Positions 17,635-25,758 of a stretch of DNA of 64,000 nucleotides are shown here, in pieces. A program made the translations under genes and the position numbers. The number at the start of each line of letters is the position of its first letter. Positions within the stretch are counted from its first letter, which is position 1. The notes under the pieces are model-generated. The model did not search any database. It was not told the origin of the DNA and saw only the letters and a program-made list of their open reading frames with translations. The stretch is from a virus. Location: positions 1 through 64,000 of IMG/VR virus record IMGVR_UViG_3300050821_006485. One strand, written 5' to 3'.

Positions 17635-18498
17635 ATGGTTTATCGTAATCGTTTTGTAGCCGCCATTAAAGTTGGCGGTAAGGTTCTTCGTGAAACTTCG
17701 GACTCGGTTTCTATTCCCTTTGGTTCTGAATACAGCATTCTGTTGAAGAACTTGAATTCGGTGCGTGCACAGGTAAAGGTATCTGTGGACGGGAAGGATG
17801 CTACCGAGGGAACTTGGCTGATTGTTGAGCCTAATGGCAGCATTGACCTAGAGCGTTATATACGCGATGGTAATCTGGATCGCGGAAATCGTTTTAAATT
17901 CATTGAGCGGACCAAAGACATCGAAGACCACAAAGGAATTGGTGTTGAGGATGGGCTGGTTAGAGTAGAGTACAAGATGGAGCAGGTTGTTGTGGAGCAG
18001 CCTGTTATTAGAACAAAATATTACGATCAGTGGGTCCCTGTTGAGAGGCCCTATTACTATGATCCATACTGGCCATACCATCCATATCCGAGGCGTTGGC
18101 CTTATTATGATAAGATTTGGTACGGAACCAATTCTTTAAGTAACTCTTCAACCTTCTCCTCAACATCAAATTTTGTTGGAAACGCCCATTCTTCCGGCAA
18201 TATGATGGCGATGAATCTTTCCAAATGCTCCGAACCGGTACAAGATTCTGCTTTTAATGACGCCGGAATTACCGTTCCGGGAAGTGAGAGTTCTCAGAGG
18301 TTTGTTTCTGGCGCGTATTTTAAAACCGAATCGCAGAGTGAAGTGATTGTTATTAAGTTGCGAGGCGTGGTGGCCGGAAAGAAGGTTTCTGCCCCGGTTA
18401 CGATTGAAAGAAAGCCAAAGTGTAGTACTTGCGGAAAGGTTAACAAGGGAGACGCATTGTTTTGTTCTAAGTGCGGTACGGCTTTGAATTTGATTTAG
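17635..18498 (+). CDS. phage protein with C-terminal zinc ribbon
   Basis: IPFGSEYSILLKN N-domain, Tyr/Pro-rich linker, CSTCG...FCSKCG. Confidence 0.8.
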   Translation: MVYRNRFVAAIKVGGKVLRETSDSVSIPFGSEYSILLKNLNSVRAQVKVSVDGKDATEGTWLIVEPNGSIDLERYIRDGNLDRGNRFKFIERTKDIEDHKGIGVEDGLVRVEYKMEQVVVEQPVIRTKYYDQWVPVERPYYYDPYWPYHPYPRRWPYYDKIWYGTNSLSNSSTFSSTSNFVGNAHSSGNMMAMNLSKCSEPVQDSAFNDAGITVPGSESSQRFVSGAYFKTESQSEVIVIKLRGVVAGKKVSAPVTIERKPKCSTCGKVNKGDALFCSKCGTALNLI

Positions 18499-18526
18499 AT
18501 ATTCCACACAATGAAAGCAGTAAACT

Positions 18527-18564
18527 AAAGGCTTTGGCGATGGAAAATTCGCCGGGCCTTTTTT
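18527..18564 (+). terminator. intrinsic terminator
   Basis: AAGGCTTTGGCGA/TCGCCGGGCCTT followed by a T-run. Confidence 0.7.
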
Positions 18565-18611
18565 ATTTGCCCAAATGTACAGACGGTGCTGTGGGCCTCT
18601 GGGAGACGCAC

Positions 18612-18986
18612 ATGAAAAGTGATCCTACTCTCCGAAAATGGTTCCGCATAATTAATAAGAGATTTTTTGGCAATGAAATTACGGATAAGGTTTGTGTACG
18701 ATGGGCAAATGAGGAAGATAACGATGAAGAAGCCCGCTGCGAAGAGAAGTATATGGGGTGGGCAGACTTAGCGTCTGACGGTTATCATGAGTATGTAATT
18801 GTTCTTAGTCGAGTAAACAAAAATTCCCCGTCCACTAAGCTTATGACTCTATGCCACGAAATGTGTCACCTCGCCACGAAATTAAAAGACGACCACGGCC
18901 CGGCCTTTGAGGCGCAGAGACAGTTGATAGCAGATCGCGGAATTTTTAAGAAAAACGCCCTTAGAAAAGGGTTAACTATATTTTAA
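18612..18986 (+). CDS. SprT-like zinc metalloprotease
   Basis: TLCHEMCH...DHGPAF; start moved to ATG 18612 (SD GGGAG). Confidence 0.8.
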   Translation: MKSDPTLRKWFRIINKRFFGNEITDKVCVRWANEEDNDEEARCEEKYMGWADLASDGYHEYVIVLSRVNKNSPSTKLMTLCHEMCHLATKLKDDHGPAFEAQRQLIADRGIFKKNALRKGLTIF

Positions 18987-19001
18987 CAGGAGACGACTCA
19001 G

Positions 19002-19358
19002 ATGGAAGTTACAGCAGAAGAAGTACAGAAGGCAAATGGAGTAGTTGTTAATCAAGGCGAACAGGTTTCGGAGATTTTTAGCGGTAAAGAAGAAAAAACC
19101 GCCACTAAAGCTTTGCCGGAGCGCGTTGATCTTACTGACGCAGAAAAGTATTCACTTGCAAAAATTGAGAACGATTGGTTGAAGGCGACGGCGGAGTACT
19201 CACGATTGCAGAAGGCCGCCGAAGAAACACAGAAGGCAATTCAAGATGCGGCGAAGAAATTTCCAGAGACCATTAAAACCCTTGTTGATAAGTATGGAAT
19301 CTCCGTGGACAAATACGTGTACGATAATGTTTCGTCCGCATTTGTGTTGAAGAAATAG
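19002..19358 (+). CDS. hypothetical coiled-coil protein
   Basis: SD AGGAG. Confidence 0.7.
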   Translation: MEVTAEEVQKANGVVVNQGEQVSEIFSGKEEKTATKALPERVDLTDAEKYSLAKIENDWLKATAEYSRLQKAAEETQKAIQDAAKKFPETIKTLVDKYGISVDKYVYDNVSSAFVLKK

Positions 19359-19366
19359 GAGCGGTA

Positions 19367-20011
19367 ATGGAGGAGGACTCGGAGCAGAAACCTACGGAGG
19401 AGTTTAATCTTCCGCCGAAGACGGAGAATGCGCAGGTAATAGTTAAGAAGGAAAAAGATTTAGGCGGCTATTCTGAAATAGCCCTTCGGAACCACGACAA
19501 TTCTTTTAGAATTCAGCGCAAAGATGCTAGCGGAAAATTTATTCGCAGTAAGAAGACCTACGCCGTAGAAACCAAAGACATAACCCGCATGATGCGGCAG
19601 ATGTTGATGGTGCCGGTAAAAGATAAAGACGGCAGGATCACTAAGGAATCAAAAAGTTTATTTGTAAAAGGCTTCGAGAATTTGGCAGATATAATGACTG
19701 CGGATTCTCGCGTTCCAGTTCTTGATAAGTTTGGAAAGCCGATTTTAATAGATGGAAAGCCACTGTTGACCAGGGACTCGAAGATGGCTATGGCATCTAT
19801 TAAGGCTTATCAGGCGTTGATGGAGCGCGGATTTGGTAAGGTACAGCCCGGTGATGAGGAAATGGATGCTTTACGCATCGCTGGAGTGAAGATTGTGGTC
19901 GTGAGTTCGCCGGAATTAATGAATCCAGAAGTAGTAAAAGAAAAACCAAAAGAGTTAGGAACGAATAGACCAAGTTTTATTGAAGCAGAAATTGTTGAGA
20001 ATAAAAGTTAG
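19367..20011 (+). CDS. putative terminase small subunit
   Basis: Directly upstream of TerL; RKDASGKF motif and helical core. Assignment is mainly positional. Confidence 0.5.
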   Translation: MEEDSEQKPTEEFNLPPKTENAQVIVKKEKDLGGYSEIALRNHDNSFRIQRKDASGKFIRSKKTYAVETKDITRMMRQMLMVPVKDKDGRITKESKSLFVKGFENLADIMTADSRVPVLDKFGKPILIDGKPLLTRDSKMAMASIKAYQALMERGFGKVQPGDEEMDALRIAGVKIVVVSSPELMNPEVVKEKPKELGTNRPSFIEAEIVENKS

Positions 20012-20019
20012 GACTCAAG

Positions 20020-21955
20020 ATGCCAAGGAAAATGGCGAAAGAAGTTAAGGAAAGACCATCATATATAAATGCTGATGGTGTTCTTGACGTTTCGAAAATA
20101 TTTAAATTCCAACCGAAACAGACGGAATTACTACGAAACGTAGAAAGAAACGGACATACTTACGTGCAGCCGGTAGCAGAACAGTGCTTATCGGTTGGTG
20201 GTATCCGAGGCGGTAGTATTATTTGCTGCATTAGTTAGTAATAACTAATTGTAAACCTAGAGAATTCGGTGGAACGCCCGTAAGGGCCAATACCGAGCCG
20301 AGCTTCTGAAAAGAAGAAGGTGTAACGACTATCTCGAAAGAGAGTAGGGAACAGCGTTCCCGAAGCACTAGGGGTCCTGCAAAGGGATCAAGATATAGTC
20401 TGGACTTATTAGTAATAATAAGAGAGTAAGCGGACGCGGCTTATTTGTAACATCATTGAAAACTCTCGGATGGGTGATGTATGGAATCATGCATTACTGC
20501 TTAGCGTTTGATGGTTGTGATATTTTAGTGCTGCGTCGAACGTATAAGGAATTGGAATCGGGTGCGATACGGGATGCACTCAATTTCACTCCTAAGGAAT
20601 TATTTTCCTATGACACCACGCGGCACGTGATGAAGTTTTTAAACGGATCAAGAGTTGTATTTGCTCACTGCGAAAATCTTTCTGAAAGAGACATAAGCGC
20701 CTTCTTAGGTCAGGCTTATAGTTTTTGCGTCGTCGATGAGTGCGGTCAATTTTCTTCCGATGCTTGGTTGAGATTATATTCAAGAACTATTGTTAATGCT
20801 ACTTGTAAACCAGACGCTTGGGGTAACTTACCAATCCCAGCGATTGTCGGCTGCACAAATCCTATTGGTCCTCACTATGAATTCTATAGAACTTTGTTTG
20901 TACAGAAGGAGCCATGGAATAAGCCGGAAGACGCAAGGAAAGATGAGCTAACTGGAATTTGGTGGAGACCAGAAGCTGGTGAATGGCTTCCCATATATGA
21001 CCCCAGTAAGTATGCGTACCAGAGAACAACAGTATTAGATAACAAGGAATTACTTAAGCGCGATCCTGGAATTCTTTATAAGCTTAATAGCTTACCAAAA
21101 GCTAAGCGTGATAAAGAGCTTTTAGGACTTGACGGGCGTTATGAGGGCGCATATTTTGACTGCTTTGATCCTTACTATCATGTTATAAATTTGCGTGAAG
21201 ACCCGGAAGCCATTATATGGCAGCCTTCTTATCAAAAAGTTTGGTGCGGGCACGACTTTGGCGCAGGAGCCGGTGGTCACGCCAGTGCGGCATATTTGTT
21301 TACAAAGGCTTTAGTAAGGGATTCAACTGGCGGAGATAATTATAGAATTAAGACTGTATGCTTTAGAGAGATGGTTACTACTGCTGGACAGACCCATAAA
21401 GAGTGGGCCGCTATCTTAGCTAATGCTTGTAAGTTACCTAATGGTGTACCGATAAAGCCAAGCGCTATTTATTTTTCTCACGAAAAGTTTGCCAGGCAAA
21501 TGGCAGGATTTGGTCATACACCGGCGGACGAATATTCCAGAGAATTAAAAGCTTTAGGGTTGCCTCCGGTAGTAAGAGCCACAACAGATCGCATAGGAAG
21601 AGCCAGCCTTTTATATAATTCCTTCAAAAATGGGGATTTAGTAATCACAGACAATTGCAGAGAGATAATCCTTGCAATACCAAATTTGATGCGGGACGTT
21701 GACAATTTGGACGACGTGAGTAAGACGGACGCTAAGGGGGACGATTGTTATGATGGTTTCTCTTACGCGCACTACGGACAATATACTGCACAGAAAAAGC
21801 CAGATGTAGAAAGAATACACGAGCACGCCGCCGGGCTTGATCCACTCGCAAAGTTTTTTTATTTACAGAAGCAGCTAGCAACGCAGGCAAATAAGTCGGC
21901 AACGTTCAAACCATCAGAAATTCCCGTGTGGCAATCAAAATTAAATCAGCAATAA
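20020..21955 (+). CDS. terL: terminase large subunit, spliced: join(20020..20214,20459..21955), 563 aa
   Basis: Splicing restores Walker A GGIRGG|KT. Also LRRTYKEL, Walker B VVDE, CTNP, and nuclease GHDFG and DDCYD. Confidence 0.92.
20215..20458 (+). mobile_element. group I intron, ORF-less, 244 nt
   Basis: P1 GCGGU/GCUGC with U.G at the splice site; P7 GACTA/TAGTC within AAGATATAGTC; terminal omega-G; removal restores the frame. Confidence 0.92.
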
Positions 21956-21990
21956 AATATGCTCAAGACCTCGAATCTTGAGACAGAGTT

Positions 21991-22033
21991 GGGAGATGCC
22001 ATATACATCTCCCTTCTCGCATCTTATATGGAG
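21991..22033 (+). promoter_or_regulatory. SD-masking pseudoknot (HEG leader 1)
   Basis: Stem GGGAGATG/CATCTCCC; loop CCATATA is complementary to TATATGG(AG) at 22025-22031. Confidence 0.75.
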
Positions 22034-22039
22034 AAAAAA

Positions 22040-22681
22040 GTGGGAGAAACATTTTATACGTATTTTTGGCTAAGAGAAAACGGAACTCCTTATTATGTTG
22101 GTAAGGGAAAAGATAAACGTGGATTCGAAAGTAGGGGGCATAGAGTTTCTTGTCCTCCTGAAGACAGAATTATAATACAATACCACCCCAGCGAGGAAGA
22201 AGCTTTAGAGGTAGAAATATTCTTCATAGGGTATTATGGAAGAATAGATTTAGGTACAGGGTGTCTTTCTAATTTAACTGACGGGGGAGAGAATCCTCCA
22301 AGCATGTTAGGGAAAAAACTTTCAGAGATTACCAAAAAGAAAATAGGAGATGCTCACAGAGGCAGGAAATTATCAGATGAGGCCAAAAGAAAGATAAGTA
22401 AGGGGCATACAGGTAAAAAGCATTCAGAAGCGCAGAATCGTGCTCATAGCATTGCTATGACGGGCAGAAAGCATACAAAAGAAGACCTTATTAAAATGAG
22501 TGCCGCACAAAAGGGCAAAAAACTCTCAAAAGAGCACATTGCCAGCATTATAGAGGGCGCAAAAAAGAGAACTATCAGAATACCAACGTGCCACCCAGAT
22601 AGAAAACATGGTGCTTTTGGTTTATGCAAATCTTGCTATGGTAAGAAGGTATATTGGGACAACAAAGGGAGGACTCAGTGA
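22040..22681 (+). CDS. GIY-YIG-type homing endonuclease with NUMOD3 repeats
   Basis: FYTY...PYYVGKG...R, E..FI..YGR, NLTDGGE and repeated KLSEETKxKIS-like units; likely start GTG 22040. Confidence 0.85.
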   Translation: MGETFYTYFWLRENGTPYYVGKGKDKRGFESRGHRVSCPPEDRIIIQYHPSEEEALEVEIFFIGYYGRIDLGTGCLSNLTDGGENPPSMLGKKLSEITKKKIGDAHRGRKLSDEAKRKISKGHTGKKHSEAQNRAHSIAMTGRKHTKEDLIKMSAAQKGKKLSKEHIASIIEGAKKRTIRIPTCHPDRKHGAFGLCKSCYGKKVYWDNKGRTQ

Positions 22682-22926
22682 ACGAACCAGTAACCCAAGA
22701 AGAATTCAAAGCGCTGTCGGAAGATGTAAAAAATTTAACTACTTCTGTTAAAGATTTAGCTAACTTTGTCTGGCGTATTAATGGGACTTTGCACGGAGAC
22801 CCAGAACGTGGTATAGGTTCTACTATGTATGATTTAAAAAACAAAGTGCGGCATTTATGGGAAACATCGTTACCTGCACAGGTACGCATGGGCAAGGAAG
22901 TCCTAAGGCAAATTAGCAATGGTTAA
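22678..22926 (+). CDS. hypothetical protein
   Basis: GTG after GGAGG, coupled to the upstream stop codon. Confidence 0.55.
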   Translation: MNEPVTQEEFKALSEDVKNLTTSVKDLANFVWRINGTLHGDPERGIGSTMYDLKNKVRHLWETSLPAQVRMGKEVLRQISNG

Positions 22927-23293
22927 TGATCTCGGTTTAAACATTAGACAGTTCTTCCGCTCGCTTTTTGGAAGCCGTGTCTCGGAGATTTTAGAAACTT
23001 CGATTCTACAACTCAGACAGGATACCGAGCAACGTATCCAAGAGAAGAACGAAGTAATTGCAAGTCTCCGAGAAGAAAAAGCCCAGCTCGTAGCAGAGCT
23101 TACCCTTTATCGTCTCCGAGCGGGCCTCCCAACCGCTTCCCAGTTGTCTGCTAAGAAGCAACCGAGCTTTCTCTTCGACACCCCACAAAAAACTTCGTGG
23201 CAACTGGCGCAGGAGGCCCACGACGCGGAGAATGCCCGTCTAGACGCAGAGGAAGCCTTAGCACTCGCTCAGAAGAAAGAGGCCTCCCAGTGA
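22919..23293 (+). CDS. hypothetical coiled-coil protein
   Basis: Within the operon, overlapping its neighbours. Confidence 0.65.
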   Translation: MVNDLGLNIRQFFRSLFGSRVSEILETSILQLRQDTEQRIQEKNEVIASLREEKAQLVAELTLYRLRAGLPTASQLSAKKQPSFLFDTPQKTSWQLAQEAHDAENARLDAEEALALAQKKEASQ

Positions 23294-23592
23294 ATCTGCT
23301 TCTAGCCCTTGTTTTGATGTTTTCGCACCACACCCCTTGGGTTCTCTCGTACCACTGCGAGTGGAACCGAGACGTTTGCGAATATGCCGACGATTACAAC
23401 GGAAGCCAGAAGAAAAGCTTCCACAGCAAACAGCAAGCTATTGATTGGGCGCAGGGAAATTACACATATGTTCCCGAGAACTTGACGCACGGAGATGATG
23501 TTTTTCCTTGCCACGTTAAGTACTTGAGTATGGATGACCCTGATCCCGTCACAACGTATCGCAAGGAGGTCACATGCGAACTTACGCAATAG
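23290..23592 (+). CDS. hypothetical protein with hydrophobic N-terminus
   Basis: GTGA overlap with the upstream stop; starts VNLLLALVLMF. Confidence 0.5.
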   Translation: MNLLLALVLMFSHHTPWVLSYHCEWNRDVCEYADDYNGSQKKSFHSKQQAIDWAQGNYTYVPENLTHGDDVFPCHVKYLSMDDPDPVTTYRKEVTCELTQ

Positions 23593-23807
23593 CATGTCCG
23601 GCAATACTGCTTGTATTGTGCCTGCTTTCTATAATATCAATTTTTATGGCAGAGGACTCAAAATCACAAATCGTATCCGAGTACGCCTGTGTTAAGAACT
23701 ACAGCTTTATAGATGCAGAGCGCGTCCCAATTTTAGGACTAGAGCATACGCGAGACATTTGTCCGAGTGGAACTGAAATGGTTAGGCTGAAATAAAGGAA
23801 GAAAACA

Positions 23808-24065
23808 ATGCATTACAAAAATGGCCGTGAAGCAAAGAACGGTGACAAGGTTGTTTTAATACCATCTTATGGTAGTCCGGTTATTGGAATCTTATATGAT
23901 GCGCAAGCTGGAAATGATTATTGCAACGGGAAAATAGCCCCGACTGCGCCGAATGATCCTTGCCCAAATCTGAAAGAAGTATTGCATTTGGAAGATGTGC
24001 TTAAAGCTTTGCCCGCCGACGTACCAAATACGTCTGTAGTTACGCAGAAACATCAGGAGAAATAA
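23808..24065 (+). CDS. phage hypothetical protein
   Basis: MHYKNGREAKNGDKVV...NDYCNG; SD AAGGA. Confidence 0.75.
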   Translation: MHYKNGREAKNGDKVVLIPSYGSPVIGILYDAQAGNDYCNGKIAPTAPNDPCPNLKEVLHLEDVLKALPADVPNTSVVTQKHQEK

Positions 24066-24584
24066 ATGGCATTTCCCACTAAGGACGGAAAAAAGAAGTT
24101 TGGGTCAGGTTTTGTGGCAAAGCGCTACGACTCTATGCACCCCGGAGAATCAGAACCAACGGCAGGACCGGCCAAAGCCCCCGGTGGTCTAGGCTTAAAG
24201 AAAGCATCTCCCGCCCCTCTAGGTGAAGATAACCCCTTTGCTGCTAAGCCCACCCCTAGCGCCGCAATGAATCCGGCTCTGGGCGCAGAGCCCGACCCCA
24301 ACGCGCAGCCTGATCCCAACGCGCCAGAGGACCCGCAGAGTACCGTTGCACAGCACGGGGCTGCCAGCAACGTTACTGTACACCATTCCCATTCTACTGG
24401 TAAGCACGTGGTCGTGAGTAAGCACCCCGACGGACATTTGCATCATTCAGTACACGCTACTGCTCAAGACGCCCACAGCGCGGCCAAAACTCTTGGTGGT
24501 GGGGCAGAACCTACGCAGGACGAAAATGAACCGCAGTTGGGCGAAGTCGAAGGCGCGGGCGCACCACGCCCCCGTTTCGCATAG
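24066..24584 (+). CDS. Pro/His-rich protein, paralog of 24594-25121
   Basis: Shares the MAFxxKDGK..GS..VAKR N-terminus and a HG.A..V...H...G.H.V.S.H.D module. Confidence 0.75.
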   Translation: MAFPTKDGKKKFGSGFVAKRYDSMHPGESEPTAGPAKAPGGLGLKKASPAPLGEDNPFAAKPTPSAAMNPALGAEPDPNAQPDPNAPEDPQSTVAQHGAASNVTVHHSHSTGKHVVVSKHPDGHLHHSVHATAQDAHSAAKTLGGGAEPTQDENEPQLGEVEGAGAPRPRFA

Positions 24585-24593
24585 GAGATATTT

Positions 24594-25121
24594 ATGGCAT
24601 TTCAAAGTAAAGACGGAAAATCGTACGGATCGGCCTATGTGGCTAAGCGTAAAGACAAAGAACACGGTGACGCCGCTAATGAGCCCAAGCGTTTCGATTC
24701 GTATGAAGGTGGGAAGCAGCCCAGCGAAGAGAATGATAATTCCAAGGCAGAGCCTAAGGAACACTCGGAAGACAAGGTGAACGAGTTTAGTAAATCCGAG
24801 AATGTGCCAAGCGAGCATAATGAGCACGTTGAGCACGAAGCCCCGGAGGCTACTGTGCAGGCGCACGGTTTGGCTCACACTGTTCACTATAAGTTAGATC
24901 ATGAGAATGGGCAGCACCAAGTGCGTAGCCTACATGATGATAACTACGAGGCGGAAACAGTGCATGGGAGCACTTCGCAAGCGTTTGGACATGGCAAGGC
25001 TTTGGCTTTCGAGGCGGGTGGGGTAGAGCAGGCAACTTCGCCTAAAAAGAGAAACCACCCAGACCAACAGGGCGCGGAATCCGAAGAAAGACCATACGAG
25101 CAGCCCGATCTTACAATCTAG
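24594..25121 (+). CDS. acidic His-rich protein, paralog of 24066-24584
   Basis: Shares the N-terminus and His-rich module of 24066-24584; SD AGGAG. Confidence 0.75.
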   Translation: MAFQSKDGKSYGSAYVAKRKDKEHGDAANEPKRFDSYEGGKQPSEENDNSKAEPKEHSEDKVNEFSKSENVPSEHNEHVEHEAPEATVQAHGLAHTVHYKLDHENGQHQVRSLHDDNYEAETVHGSTSQAFGHGKALAFEAGGVEQATSPKKRNHPDQQGAESEERPYEQPDLTI

Positions 25122-25130
25122 GATATAAAG

Positions 25131-25292
25131 ATGCCTTATAAATCTAATGCACAAAGAAAGTTCTTTCACGCGAACGAAAAGAAAATGGAAGCGCAGGGCG
25201 TGGATGTCGGTGAGTGGGATGCCGCAAGTAAAGGCAAGAAGTTACCCGAGCGAGCGCCAAAGAAATTCACTTTTGCTAAAAAGGGAAAGTAA
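25131..25292 (+). CDS. small basic phage protein (MPYKSNAQRKFFHA...)
   Basis: 53-aa ORF below the track cutoff, filling the operon gap; an MPxKSxAQ start is common in phage head modules. Confidence 0.7.
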   Translation: MPYKSNAQRKFFHANEKKMEAQGVDVGEWDAASKGKKLPERAPKKFTFAKKGK

Positions 25293-25483
25293 TGCTTGAC
25301 AAGGGCCAGGTATATTTCGAGCACCCCGCCGTAGGAACCGGGCAGCACTGCGGTCAGTGCATTCACTTTATCAAGGGCAAAAATAAGTGTGAAATTGTCA
25401 GCGGTGTTGTTAAGGCAGAAGATTGGTGTGAACGCTTTGAAAAACGAGTATCTAAGTTCCATCAAATAAGCAGGGAGACATGA
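25292..25483 (+). CDS. HiPIP-like four-Cys protein
   Basis: CGQCIHF...C.IVSG.V....WC matches high-potential iron-sulfur protein spacing. Confidence 0.65.
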   Translation: MLDKGQVYFEHPAVGTGQHCGQCIHFIKGKNKCEIVSGVVKAEDWCERFEKRVSKFHQISRET

Positions 25484-25746
25484 TGCTGGGGATTGGTCGG
25501 GAAAAGGCTAAGTTGTTGCAGATTAACTCGGCATCTGTTAAGGGCGAACCTGGGACTGGATTTGAAAAGCGTAAACAGGGTGGAAAGTCTGGGCCGTTCG
25601 AATGTTCCAATTGTGAGCATTTTAAAAACGGAAATGCTTGCGACCAAAAAGACATGATGAAAAATTCCAAAGAACCTAAGCATCCAAATGGAACTATAAA
25701 GGTCTCTGGTCTTGACTGTTGCGATTATATTGAACGTGTAAAATAA
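25480..25746 (+). CDS. Cys-rich protein (HiPIP-like spacing)
   Basis: CSNCEHF....AC...V...DCCD. Confidence 0.55.
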   Translation: MMLGIGREKAKLLQINSASVKGEPGTGFEKRKQGGKSGPFECSNCEHFKNGNACDQKDMMKNSKEPKHPNGTIKVSGLDCCDYIERVK

Positions 25747-25758
25747 ATTGGAGATAAG

